Shown: positions 19,407-28,690, numbered from the stretch's first letter. The stretch: 64,000 bases of DNA from Polaromonas sp. (GCA_031412235.1 JANOCP010000075.1:5696-69695), one strand, 5' to 3'. Numbers and translations are program-made. The notes: generated by a model from the letters alone, not told the origin.

Positions 19407-20093
19407 CTATTCCATTGAAATCCGCAGTGCGGCCGCCGTGACCCAAGGGGAGACCATCAAACCCACAATCAGCAACGCTCCTAACAATGAGAAGTGTCCC
19501 GACACCCCCAGTCCCGCGTTGTGCGCCTCTACCGCGCCCGCGCCAAAAATCAGCACCGGGATTGTGAGCGGCAGAACCAGCAGCGACAGCAGCACACTGG
19601 AGCCGCGCAACCCGACCGTGAGCGCTGCGCCCATCGCGCCGACCAGGCTCAAAATCGGCGTTCCCAGCAGCAGCGACAGCACCAACACACCCGTCGCCGA
19701 CGCGGACATATCAAATTGCAAGGCCAGCACGGGTGACAGCAGCACCAAAGGCAAGCCCGAACCCACCCAGTGCGCCAGCGTTTTCCCCAGCACCAGCAAG
19801 GCCAGCGAATGGGTTGACAGCAGCATCTGCTCTAAAGTTCCGTCGCTGTGGTCGTCAGCAAACAAACGCGGCAGCGACAGCATCGAGGCCAGCATGGCCG
19901 CCACCCACAACACACCGGGGGCCATGGTGCGCAGCAGCTGTGGTTCAGGCCCCACTCCCAGAGGGAACAAACTGACCACCATGACAAAAAAGATCAGCGT
20001 TGAAAACGTATCGCTGCGCCGCCGCAGGGCCACGCGCAGGTCGCGCCGCAGCACCACCAGCAGGCCAGACATCCCCCCTGGCGCTTGTTTCAT
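19407..20093 (-). CDS. ccmB: Heme exporter permease CcmB
   Basis: 228-aa polytopic membrane protein between ccmA and ccmC. It overlaps the ccmA stop. Confidence 0.88.
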   Translation of the reverse strand: MKQAPGGMSGLLVVLRRDLRVALRRRSDTFSTLIFFVMVVSLFPLGVGPEPQLLRTMAPGVLWVAAMLASMLSLPRLFADDHSDGTLEQMLLSTHSLALLVLGKTLAHWVGSGLPLVLLSPVLALQFDMSASATGVLVLSLLLGTPILSLVGAMGAALTVGLRGSSVLLSLLVLPLTIPVLIFGAGAVEAHNAGLGVSGHFSLLGALLIVGLMVSPWVTAAALRISME

Positions 20094-20713
20094 AGCGCCA
20101 GCTCCTTCTGGTCTGACGTGCTGATGGCCATGTCCTGATGGCTAGTCAAAACCACCATGCCCGCGTTGGCAAGATGCGCCTCCAGCAGGCGGGTTAGCCA
20201 GGCAGTTGCTGTGCTGTCGAGCGCATTGAACGGTTCATCGAGGATCCACAGTGGAGTTGCAGGGCTCAAAGCCAGCCGCGCCAGTGCGCTGCGTCGTCTT
20301 TGGCCTTGCGACAGGCGGCGGACGGGTGTATGTTCGTGGCCACGCAGGCCCGCACCCCGGAGTGCCGCCAGCGCCGCGTTCGCGTCGGGTGGTTGTCCTC
20401 CCAGCGTGCAGGCATCCCGCAGATTTTCGAGCGGCGAGAGTTCATCTTTGAGAGCCGCCGCGTGGCCGAGATACAGCAGAGCGCTCCCAAATGCTTCGCG
20501 CTGGCTGGCAACAGGCTGTCCTCGCCAGAGTATTTGTCCCTCACTCGGCAGCAACAAACCGCACAACAACCTCAGCAAGCTGGTTTTTCCTGCGCCATTA
20601 GCACCGCGGACACGCAACAACTGTCCGGGATGGATGTCCACAGACAGGTTGCTGAACAGCTGGCGGCTGCCCCTGGTGCATGCCAGTTTCTCGACGTGCA
20701 TGCCCAGACTCAT
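20090..20713 (-). CDS. ccmA: Heme exporter ATP-binding protein CcmA
   Basis: Walker A GANGAGKTSLLR, ABC signature LSQGQRRR, Walker B LWILDEP. Confidence 0.92.
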   Translation of the reverse strand: MSLGMHVEKLACTRGSRQLFSNLSVDIHPGQLLRVRGANGAGKTSLLRLLCGLLLPSEGQILWRGQPVASQREAFGSALLYLGHAAALKDELSPLENLRDACTLGGQPPDANAALAALRGAGLRGHEHTPVRRLSQGQRRRSALARLALSPATPLWILDEPFNALDSTATAWLTRLLEAHLANAGMVVLTSHQDMAISTSDQKELAL

Positions 20714-20855
20714 GGATTGGCTCGCAAAAGCTGGTCAGGTTCAACCTGGCCAAAGTGAAAACATGCCAAACCCGGAACTCCTTAAACCCACGATTGTCGC
20801 GTGATATCGCCAAAAAAGTCCGGGTGTTAAAGCTGGTTGACGGTTTCTTTTAATG

Positions 20856-20899
20856 TGTCTATATTAGTTGACAGTAACTAGTGACAATATATGTTTACA
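20856..20899 (+). promoter_or_regulatory. Tandem PpsR/CrtJ-type palindromes with sigma70-like promoter upstream of crtE (divergent with ccmA)
   Basis: TGTCTATATTAGTTGACA (perfect TGT-N12-ACA, 20856-20873, ending in a TTGACA -35 box). An 8-bp spacer follows, then TGACAATATATGTTTACA (TGA-N12-ACA, 20882-20899) covering a TATGTT -10 candidate 16 bp after the -35. Confidence 0.6.
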
Positions 20900-20968
20900 T
20901 AAAAGTTTTACTTGCCAGTCTGACCCCGTAAATTTGTTTTTTTACCTGTACCTCTTGAGGAGCATTGC

Positions 20969-21889
20969 ATGAAAGCCATTACACATATTGAACAATCGCT
21001 GGCAGCGGCGCTGGCGTTGGGCGAAGCGCCCGGTTGCCCTCCCAAGCTGGCTTGCGCTGTTCGGCATGCCGTGTTCCCGGGTGGCGCGCGCATACGGCCC
21101 CAGTTATGTCTGGCTGTGGCGCAGGCCTGCGGAAATGATGATCCGCTGCTGGCCGATGCCGCAGCAGTGGCCATTGAACTGCTGCACTGTGCCTCACTGG
21201 TGCATGACGACCTGCCGTGCTTTGACGATGCACCCACACGCCGTGGGCGTGCCTCGGTGCATTGGGCTTACGGCGAGAGTCTGGCGGTTCTGGCGGGTGA
21301 CGCCTTGATTGTGCTGGCGTTTCAAACCCTTGGTCTGGCGGGTGGCCAGTCACCAAAACGTATGGCTGAAGTGCTGGGCGTGGTGGCCAGAGGTGTCGGC
21401 ATGCCCTTTGGCATTGTGGCGGGGCAGGCATGGGAAAGCGAGTCCCGGGTGTCGCTCACTGCTTATCAGCGGGCTAAAACCGGGGCACTGTTTGTAGCTG
21501 CAACAGCTGGCGGTGCTTTGGCTGCGGGGGCAGACGCCAAGCCCTGGGTTGCTCTGGGCGAGTGGCTCGGCGAGGCCTATCAGGTGGCCGACGATATTCG
21601 TGATGTGATGGCGGACCCAAGCCTGCTCGGCAAGCCGGTGGGCCAGGACGTGGCATTGGGCCGTCCCAGTTCGGCCATTGGCCTGGGGCTGGGTGGCGCC
21701 ATCGCTTACTTCGAAAAACTGGTGCAGTCGGCGATTGATTCGGTGCCCGAATGCGCGAGCCGCGAGGCGATGAGACAACTGGTGCGCCAGGAGTCAGAGC
21801 GCCTGGTGCCCCGCGAGGCCTGCGACAAGTTCAGGCATGTACAGGCGGTGCAAGGTGTTGCATCCCCTGTCAATAGCGTTGCCGCCTGA
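20969..21889 (+). CDS. crtE: Geranylgeranyl diphosphate synthase
   Basis: Polyprenyl synthase Asp-rich motifs LVHDDLPCFDD and YQVADDIRD. SD GAGGAG upstream. Confidence 0.9.
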   Translation: MKAITHIEQSLAAALALGEAPGCPPKLACAVRHAVFPGGARIRPQLCLAVAQACGNDDPLLADAAAVAIELLHCASLVHDDLPCFDDAPTRRGRASVHWAYGESLAVLAGDALIVLAFQTLGLAGGQSPKRMAEVLGVVARGVGMPFGIVAGQAWESESRVSLTAYQRAKTGALFVAATAGGALAAGADAKPWVALGEWLGEAYQVADDIRDVMADPSLLGKPVGQDVALGRPSSAIGLGLGGAIAYFEKLVQSAIDSVPECASREAMRQLVRQESERLVPREACDKFRHVQAVQGVASPVNSVAA

Positions 21890-23076
21890 TGCGAACACTC
21901 GACCTGGACAAGTCGCCAGACGGTGCTCACAGCAGGCCCGCCTGGCGCGACCGGTTTGACGCCTGGATGGACAGAAAACTGACCGATCCAGGCTTTTCGC
22001 GCTGGGCAGCCGGCCATGTTTTTACCCGCTGGATCACGCGACGGCGGGCGCAACAAGTGTTCGATGTGATGGCTGGCTTTGTGTATTCTCAGGTGCTGTT
22101 GGCGTGTGTTCGCTTGCGAATTCTTGAGCTTGTCAGCGAGTCGCCACGCACGCTGGACGAACTGGCACATATTTGCCAGGTACCCGCATCTGCTTTGCAG
22201 CGTTTGATCAATTCTGCGGTTGCATTGAAATTGCTGGCGCTGCGCGGGCAGCGACGTTACGGTCTGGGCGCTCTGGGTGCGCCGGTGGCAGGCCACGCAG
22301 GCATACGCGCCATGATTGAGCACCACGCTGTGCTGTACCACGACATGCAAGACCCGGTAGCCTTGCTGCGCGACCAGCTTGGCGAAGGTCAGATGGCTGC
22401 ATATTGGCCCTATGCGGCAGATGGGACAACCGAGGGGGCAGCCTCTGACCGGCCGCGCCACTGGCAGGGCGAGAAGGTGTCGCGCTACTCACAATTGATG
22501 TCCGCCTCACAGCCTTTTGTGGTGGACGAGGTGCTGGCGACCTATGACTTTGCGCGGCACCGCTGCGTGCTCGACGTAGGTGGCGGCCAGGGTACGTTTG
22601 TAGGGCGCATGGCAAGGCAATGCCCTCAGCTCAAGTTGCAATTGTTTGACTTGCCGCAGGTGGCTGAACTGGCTCGAGAAAATTTCATAAAAAATGCCAT
22701 CGACGACCGTGCGACGGCCTTTGGCGGCGACTTTCTGAGAGACCACTTGCCGACAGGGGCCGACCTGGTGACGCTGGTCCGTGTTGCACACGACCACCCG
22801 GACAGGCATGTCAAGGCCATCCTGCGCGCCATCTACCAAGCTTTGCCCGAGGGCGGAACCCTGCTTTTGGCGGAGCCCATGGCGCAGCCGGCCAATGAGC
22901 CCCCGCTGGGAGATGCGTACTTCCATTTTTATTTGCTTGCCATGGGTGCGGGCCGTCTGCGTACCGCGGCTGAGCTGGGCGACATGATGGCCGAGGCCGG
23001 TTTTTTCAGGATTGAAACCCTGAACAACCCGATGCCCCTTCAAACAAGGATCCTGCTTGGCAGGAAATCTAAGTAG
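21889..23076 (+). CDS. crtF: Demethylspheroidene / hydroxyneurosporene O-methyltransferase
   Basis: Class I SAM-MTase motif VLDVGGGQGTF. O-methyltransferase-2-like C-terminal half. Coupled to the crtE stop (TGATG). Confidence 0.85.
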   Translation: MRTLDLDKSPDGAHSRPAWRDRFDAWMDRKLTDPGFSRWAAGHVFTRWITRRRAQQVFDVMAGFVYSQVLLACVRLRILELVSESPRTLDELAHICQVPASALQRLINSAVALKLLALRGQRRYGLGALGAPVAGHAGIRAMIEHHAVLYHDMQDPVALLRDQLGEGQMAAYWPYAADGTTEGAASDRPRHWQGEKVSRYSQLMSASQPFVVDEVLATYDFARHRCVLDVGGGQGTFVGRMARQCPQLKLQLFDLPQVAELARENFIKNAIDDRATAFGGDFLRDHLPTGADLVTLVRVAHDHPDRHVKAILRAIYQALPEGGTLLLAEPMAQPANEPPLGDAYFHFYLLAMGAGRLRTAAELGDMMAEAGFFRIETLNNPMPLQTRILLGRKSK

Positions 23077-23099
23077 TTACCCGCTATTTACACTAAAAA

Positions 23100-23143
23100 C
23101 GTAAATAAGAATTGACACTTTATTTTGTAAATATAAACTGACA
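23100..23143 (+). promoter_or_regulatory. Tandem PpsR/CrtJ-type palindromes with sigma70-like promoter abutting the bchC ATG
   Basis: CGTAAATAAGAATTGACA (cGT-N12-ACA, ends in TTGACA). An 8-bp spacer follows, then TGTAAATATAAACTGACA (perfect, 23126-23143). TAAACT -10 candidate 16 bp after the -35. The bchC ATG at 23147 has no SD. Confidence 0.6.
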
Positions 23144-23146
23144 GTC

Positions 23147-24082
23147 ATGCAAGCACAAGCTATCGTCTTCCAAGCGCCCCGGCAACTGCTGGTCAAAGCG
23201 CTGGATTTGCCCCAAGCGGGTGCAGGTGAGATAGAAGTTCAGGTCGAATTCAGTGGCATAAGCACCGGTACAGAGCGCTTGTTGTGGGATGGCACCATGC
23301 CCGCTTTCCCTGGCATGGGCTACCCGCTGGTACCGGGTTACGAGTCAGTCGGCCGCGTAGTCGGTAAAGGCCCTGATGTTGACCTGCAATTGGGCACACG
23401 GGTGTTCGTACCCGGCGCTCAATGCTTCGCAGGTGTTCACAATTTGTTTGGTGGCTCTGCCTCCCGGCTGGTGGTTCAGCAGTCGCGCACCGTGGCTGTG
23501 CAGGAATCGCTGGGCGCAGAAGCTGTGTTGATGGCTCTGGCTGCCACGGCACAGCACGCGCTGGCGGGTGGTACACCACCCGATTTGATCATTGGGCACG
23601 GTGTCATGGGTCGTTTGCTGGCCAGGTTGACACTGGCTGCAGGCCATGCAGCACCCACCGTGTGGGAGCTCAACCCCGCCCGTCAGGCTGGCGCTCAGGG
23701 GTACAGCGTATGCAGTCCCCATGATGATCCTCGCCGTGATTACCGCGCTATTTATGACGTCAGTGGCGATTCCAGCATTCTGGACAAAGCGATCGCCCGT
23801 CAAGCCCCAGGCGGCGAAGTGGTGTTGGCGGGCTTTTACAAAGAGTCACTGAGCTTCGCGTTCGCTCCGGCTTTTATGCGAGAGACACGAATTCGCATTG
23901 CCGCCCAGTGGAAGCGTGAGGATTTGCTCGTCACTGCGGATCTCGCCCACGGCGGCAAACTGTCCCTTGATGGCTTGATCACCCATTCTGAGTTGCCTGG
24001 GAAGGCCGAGGCTGCGTATCACACGGCTTTCGGCGATGCGGCTTGCTTAAAGATGATTCTGGATTGGAAACACAGCACATGA
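23147..24082 (+). CDS. bchC: Bacteriochlorophyllide a dehydrogenase (3-hydroxyethyl bacteriochlorophyllide dehydrogenase)
   Basis: GISTGTERLLWDGTMPAFPGMGYPLVPGYESVGRV is a typical BchC/MDR-family signature. Confidence 0.92.
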   Translation: MQAQAIVFQAPRQLLVKALDLPQAGAGEIEVQVEFSGISTGTERLLWDGTMPAFPGMGYPLVPGYESVGRVVGKGPDVDLQLGTRVFVPGAQCFAGVHNLFGGSASRLVVQQSRTVAVQESLGAEAVLMALAATAQHALAGGTPPDLIIGHGVMGRLLARLTLAAGHAAPTVWELNPARQAGAQGYSVCSPHDDPRRDYRAIYDVSGDSSILDKAIARQAPGGEVVLAGFYKESLSFAFAPAFMRETRIRIAAQWKREDLLVTADLAHGGKLSLDGLITHSELPGKAEAAYHTAFGDAACLKMILDWKHST

Positions 24083-25068
24083 ACCCGACGACCATCATGA
24101 TGAGAGATCTTCGCGCAGAGGCCGCAATTGAGCCTGCGCCAATAAAGACTGGTGAGGCCAACAAAGAAACGCAGATCATTGCCATCTATGGCAAAGGCGG
24201 TATTGGCAAAAGCTTCACCCTGGCCAACCTCAGCTACATGATGGCGCAGCAGGGTAAAAAAGTTTTGCTGATTGGCTGCGACCCGAAAAGCGACACCACC
24301 AGCCTGTTGTTTGGTGGTCGGGCCTGCCCCACGATTATTGAAACCTCGTCCAGGAAAAAACTTGCTGGCGAGGCTGTTGCGATTGGCGATGTCTGCTTCA
24401 AGCGCGACGGCGTTTATGCCATGGAGCTGGGTGGTCCTGAAGTCGGACGTGGCTGTGGTGGCCGCGGAATCATTCACGGCTTTGAGTTGCTCGAAAAACT
24501 CGGTTTTCACGACTGGGGCTTTGACTACGTGCTGCTCGATTTTTTGGGTGATGTAGTGTGTGGCGGTTTCGGATTGCCGATTGCCCGTGACATGTGCCAA
24601 AAGGTCATCGTGGTGGCCAGCAACGATTTGCAGTCCCTTTATGTGGCTAACAACGTCTGTTCTGCGGTTGAATATTTCCGCAAGCTGGGCGGCAACGTCG
24701 GCGTGGCGGGCATGGTTATCAACCGTGATGACGGTACCGGCGAGGCATCGGCATTTGCTGAAAAAGTCGGTATTCCCGTGCTGTCGGTTATTCCGGCCAA
24801 TGATGACATTCGCCGCAAAAGCGCCAGCTACGAGATCATTGGTCGCCCCGATTCAGTGTGGGGCCCAATGTTTGCGCAGCTCGCAGAAAACGTCGGCACG
24901 TCGCAGCCGATTCGTCCAAAACCGATGACGCAAGACCAATTGCTGGGCTTGTTCTCGGCTGATGTGGTGGGCCGTAATGTGGTGCTCGAGCCCGCCACGC
25001 AGTTTGACATGTGCGGCAAAAAAGAAACCGCTAAAGAAACGCTTGAAGTCGTTTACGACGAAGTCTGA
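24079..25068 (+). CDS. bchX: Chlorophyllide a reductase iron protein subunit X
   Basis: NifH-like [15 protein letters not shown]-loop and CGGFG cluster ligand region. ATG 24079 overlaps the bchC stop (ATGA). Confidence 0.93.
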   Translation: MNPTTIMMRDLRAEAAIEPAPIKTGEANKETQIIAIYGKGGIGKSFTLANLSYMMAQQGKKVLLIGCDPKSDTTSLLFGGRACPTIIETSSRKKLAGEAVAIGDVCFKRDGVYAMELGGPEVGRGCGGRGIIHGFELLEKLGFHDWGFDYVLLDFLGDVVCGGFGLPIARDMCQKVIVVASNDLQSLYVANNVCSAVEYFRKLGGNVGVAGMVINRDDGTGEASAFAEKVGIPVLSVIPANDDIRRKSASYEIIGRPDSVWGPMFAQLAENVGTSQPIRPKPMTQDQLLGLFSADVVGRNVVLEPATQFDMCGKKETAKETLEVVYDEV

Positions 25069-25083
25069 ATTGAATAAGAAATC

Positions 25084-26655
25084 ATGAGCACAGTTATTCC
25101 GATCATCCCGATGCCTTCCTTGACGGATAGGGCGCCGATCGCTACGGCGCTTGAAGGTGACGGCATGGGTTGCCATAGCGGTGGCGATGCAATGCTGGCG
25201 GCGGCGAAAACTGCAGGCAAATCAGAAATCCTGGACCAGTACGCCAAGGATTACCCAAAAAACCCCAAAGCTGGCCCGCATGACCAGCCGCAAAGCATGT
25301 GTCCGGCATTTGGCTCATTGCGCGTTGGCTTGCGAATGCGCCGCACCGCCACTATTTTGTCGGGCTCGGCCTGCTGCGTATATGGCTTGACGTTTACTTC
25401 GCATTTTTACGGTGCCAAGCGCAGTGTGGGTTATGTGCCATTCAATTCTGAGTCGCTGGTGACGGGGAAACTGTTTGAAGACATACGCGAAGCGGTGTTT
25501 CAGCAAGCTGACCCTGCGCTTTACGACGCGATTGTGATCATCAACTTGTGCGTGCCAACAGCCAGCGGTGTGCCGCTTCAAATTTTGCCAAAAGAAATCA
25601 ACGGTGTGCGCATTATCGGTATCGACGTGCCAGGTTTTGGTGTGCCGACCCACGCGGAAGCCAAAGACGTCTTGGCTGGTGCGATGCTGAAGTATGCGCG
25701 CACCGAAGCATTGGCTGGCCCGGTGCAAGCGCCGCGTAATGGTAAATCCGACAAGCCCACCATCACTTTGCTGGGCGAGATGTTTCCGGCTGACCCGGTG
25801 ATCATCGGCATGATGCTGGATCCCATGGGCCTGGCTGCTGGTCCGAGCGTACCGACCCGCGAATGGCGCGAATTGTATGCTGCGCTTGACTGCGCTGCAG
25901 TCGCTGCCATTCACCCGTTTTACACCGCTAGCGTGCGAGAGTTTGATGCAGCTGGTCGCGCCATTGTGGGTTCTGCGCCTGTCGGTTATGACGGTACAGA
26001 GGCCTGGTTGCAGGCTATTGGCGAGGCGACCAACATTGCACAAAGCGATATTGATGCAGCCAAGAACAAGTTTTTGCCCGCAATCAAGGCAGTGCTTGCG
26101 AAGACTCCCATCAAAGGCCGTATCACCTTGAGTGGTTATGAAGGCTCTGAATTGTTGGTGGGCAGATTGCTGGTGGAAAGTGGCGCTGACCTGCGCTATG
26201 TCGGTAGTGCCTGCCCAAGGACCGCCTGGAACGAGGCTGACGTGCAGTGGTTAGAGGCCAAAGGCGTGATGGTGCAGTTCCGCGCATCCCTGGAGCAAGA
26301 CCTGGCAGCGGTGCATGAGTTCAAACCTGACTTGGCCATTGGCACCACGCCAGTAGTTCAAGCGGCCAAAGAGTTGACGATTCCTTCGCTGTACTTCACC
26401 AACCTGATTTCAGCCCGCCCCTTGATGGGCCCGGCGGGCGCTGGTTCTTTAGCTACGGTGGTCAACGCGGCAATCGGCAACAAAGCCCGCTTTGAACAGA
26501 TGAAAGAATTTTTCGGCACTGCAGGTACCGGCCACTCCACTGGCGTGTGGGAAGCAGCTCAAGGCTTGCCGCAAGACCGCCCCGAATTCAAGGCCGAGCA
26601 ACGCAGACTGGCCGCCAAGATGGCCAAGAAGCGCAAAGCCGAGGAAATGATCTGA
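25084..26655 (+). CDS. bchY: Chlorophyllide a reductase subunit Y
   Basis: NifD-like. [43 protein letters not shown] is typical of BchY. Confidence 0.92.
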   Translation: MSTVIPIIPMPSLTDRAPIATALEGDGMGCHSGGDAMLAAAKTAGKSEILDQYAKDYPKNPKAGPHDQPQSMCPAFGSLRVGLRMRRTATILSGSACCVYGLTFTSHFYGAKRSVGYVPFNSESLVTGKLFEDIREAVFQQADPALYDAIVIINLCVPTASGVPLQILPKEINGVRIIGIDVPGFGVPTHAEAKDVLAGAMLKYARTEALAGPVQAPRNGKSDKPTITLLGEMFPADPVIIGMMLDPMGLAAGPSVPTREWRELYAALDCAAVAAIHPFYTASVREFDAAGRAIVGSAPVGYDGTEAWLQAIGEATNIAQSDIDAAKNKFLPAIKAVLAKTPIKGRITLSGYEGSELLVGRLLVESGADLRYVGSACPRTAWNEADVQWLEAKGVMVQFRASLEQDLAAVHEFKPDLAIGTTPVVQAAKELTIPSLYFTNLISARPLMGPAGAGSLATVVNAAIGNKARFEQMKEFFGTAGTGHSTGVWEAAQGLPQDRPEFKAEQRRLAAKMAKKRKAEEMI

Positions 26656-26656
26656 T

Positions 26657-28135
26657 ATGTTAGTTCTAGACCACGATCGTGCAGGCGGCTATTGGGGCGC
26701 GGTGTATGTGTTCACTGCCATCAAGGGCTTGCAAGTGGTTATTGACGGCCCGGTAGGCTGCGAGAATCTACCTGTCACGTCGGTACTGCATTACACCGAT
26801 GCATTGCCCCCGCATGAGTTGCCGATTGTGGTCACCGGTTTGGCTGAAGAGCAATTGGGTCGTGAAGGCACGGAAGGTTCCATGCGCCGTGCCCATGCCG
26901 CGCTTGACCCGGACCTACCGTCGGTTGTGGTGACTGGCTCCATAGCCGAAATGATTGGTGGCGGCGTGACGCCGGCGGGCACCAACATCCAGCGGTTTTT
27001 ACCTCGTACGATTGACGAAGACCAGTGGCAGTGCGCCAACCGAGCAATGTTCTGGTTGTGGTCAGAGTACGGCCTCAAGCATGTTCCAGCACGCAAACCT
27101 GCGTCTGAGCGCGCGCCGGGTGAAAAGGCCAGGGTCAACATCATTGGCCCGAGCTACGGTACGTTTAACTGCCCCAGTGACCTGGCGGAAATCCGCCGTT
27201 TGGTGCAAGGCATTGGCGCGGAGATCAATATGGTCTTCCCTCTGGGCAGCCATCTGGCCGACGTGTCGCGCCTGGTTGAGGCCGATGTCAACATTTGCAT
27301 GTACCGCGAGTTTGGCCGCATGTTATGCGAGGCTCTGGAACGGCCATACCTGCAAGCGCCGATTGGCCTGCACAGCACCACGAAGTTTTTACGCAAGTTG
27401 GGCGAGCTGCTTGGTCTGGATCCCGAACCCTTCATTGAGCGCGAAAAGCACACCACCATCAAACCGATTTGGGACTTGTGGCGCTCGGTGACCCAGGACT
27501 TTTTTGGCACCGCCAACTTTGCAGTGGTGGCTAACGAGACTTACACACGCGGCATTCGTCACTTTCTTGAGGACGAAATGGGCTTGCCGTGCAACTTTGC
27601 AATTTCGCGTTGCCCAGGTGCCAAAACCGACAACGCAGAAGTCCGCCGCTTGACCACCACAAAAACACCTTTGGTGATGTACGGCAGCTACAACGAACGC
27701 ATGTATTTGGCCGAATGCGGCGGTGGCGGCATGATGAAAGCGACGTTTATTCCCGCCTCATTCCCACTGCCCATCATTCGCCGCCATACCGGTACGCCTT
27801 TCATGGGCTACGCCGGTGCAACCTACCTCATCCAGGAGTTTTGCAACGCGTTGTTTGATGCGCTGTTTCATATTTTGCCCCTGGGGACTGATCTGGACAA
27901 GATTGATGCGACACCCAGCCGGGTCAATGCCGACAAGCCAATAACGTGGAGCGCCGATGCGCATGCGCTGCTTGAAGACTTGATTGAGGCCGAGCCGGTT
28001 CTGGTTCGTATTTCAGCCGCCAAACAGATGCGGGATCGCGCCGAGCGGGATGCGCGCCAAGCTGGCCGGTCAAGTGTTGAAGTTGATCGCCTTTCAGAAT
28101 TGTTCGGGCATTCAAAAGCGGGGTTGGCTGCATGA
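26657..28135 (+). CDS. bchZ: Chlorophyllide a reductase subunit Z
   Basis: NifK-like. [40 protein letters not shown] is typical of BchZ. Confidence 0.92.
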   Translation: MLVLDHDRAGGYWGAVYVFTAIKGLQVVIDGPVGCENLPVTSVLHYTDALPPHELPIVVTGLAEEQLGREGTEGSMRRAHAALDPDLPSVVVTGSIAEMIGGGVTPAGTNIQRFLPRTIDEDQWQCANRAMFWLWSEYGLKHVPARKPASERAPGEKARVNIIGPSYGTFNCPSDLAEIRRLVQGIGAEINMVFPLGSHLADVSRLVEADVNICMYREFGRMLCEALERPYLQAPIGLHSTTKFLRKLGELLGLDPEPFIEREKHTTIKPIWDLWRSVTQDFFGTANFAVVANETYTRGIRHFLEDEMGLPCNFAISRCPGAKTDNAEVRRLTTTKTPLVMYGSYNERMYLAECGGGGMMKATFIPASFPLPIIRRHTGTPFMGYAGATYLIQEFCNALFDALFHILPLGTDLDKIDATPSRVNADKPITWSADAHALLEDLIEAEPVLVRISAAKQMRDRAERDARQAGRSSVEVDRLSELFGHSKAGLAA

Positions 28136-28168
28136 CCTGCAACACGACCGCCTCGAGTTCCCCTACAA

Positions 28169-28190
28169 GTATTCAGGCCTGCCTGAATAC
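28169..28190 (+). promoter_or_regulatory. Perfect 9-bp stem / 4-nt loop hairpin in the bchZ-pufB spacer (candidate puf 5' mRNA structure)
   Basis: GTATTCAGG-CCTG-CCTGAATAC. Confidence 0.45.
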
Positions 28191-28280
28191 AAGTTCGCTG
28201 AAGCAGACCTGCTGCAGCAATTCGTTCCTTGCTCTCGGGCAAGGTGTTGGCCGCAAGGCTTTTTAAGTGAGGTATTGACT

Positions 28281-28424
28281 ATGAATCAAAGTACAACTCC
28301 ATCGGGATTGTCTGACTCAGAGTGCCAGGAATTTCACAAGTACTACATCCAGGGTTACCTGATGTTTGCTGCGGGTGCATTACTTGCGCACAGCTTGACT
28401 TGGATCTGGCGTCCCTGGTTCTAA
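28281..28424 (+). CDS. pufB: Light-harvesting 1 beta polypeptide
   Basis: 47 aa. ..ECQEFHKYYIQGYLMFAAGALLAHSLTWIWRPWF carries the conserved N-terminal His, the BChl-ligating His37 and a WRPWF C-terminus. SD GTGAGG. Confidence 0.93.
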   Translation: MNQSTTPSGLSDSECQEFHKYYIQGYLMFAAGALLAHSLTWIWRPWF

Positions 28425-28455
28425 GAACCCCTAGAACCTACTCACGGAGATAAAT

Positions 28456-28680
28456 ATGGCTTATTTACATGCTCAACAGTCGGACAGTGTTTCGCAAACA
28501 CCTCTCAAGGAGTTTCGATACCTGTATGTTGTTCTCTTCTGCGTCTTTTTGTTGCTTGCAATGATGGGGCAGATGCTGTTCATGGATTGGCGTAACTGGC
28601 TGCCAGGGGCAGAAGGGACGCGTCCGATGTTGGGCAGCGTGAAGTCGGCTGTGTACACCGTGATTTCTCAACTCAACTAA
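28456..28680 (+). CDS. Uncharacterised 74-aa single-TM protein between pufB and pufA (His-less LH1-alpha-like polypeptide candidate)
   Basis: GGAGA SD 6 nt before the ATG. It starts 31 nt after the pufB stop, and its stop lies 10 nt before the pufA ATG. One hydrophobic helix (YLYVVLFCVFLLLAMMGQMLFM) is followed by DWRNWLPGA. I recognise no family with confidence. Confidence 0.7.
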   Translation: MAYLHAQQSDSVSQTPLKEFRYLYVVLFCVFLLLAMMGQMLFMDWRNWLPGAEGTRPMLGSVKSAVYTVISQLN

Positions 28681-28690
28681 AGGAAATATT

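Noticed and set aside
20760-20790. Tiny uORF (MFSLWPG) with an AAGGAG-like box in the ccmA leader, minus strand
   Set aside because: It has only 7 codons, the SD-ATG spacing (~13 nt) is poor, and I could not assess conservation. This is too weak to call.
27984-28280. Upstream extension of the pufB reading frame (the 146-aa ORF 27984-28424), and the possibility of a pufQ gene between bchZ and pufB
   Set aside because: Only the last 47 codons match LH1 beta, and they have their own SD and ATG at 28281. The extension overlaps bchZ. The 145-nt spacer contains no ATG-initiated ORF, so no pufQ is present at the canonical position.
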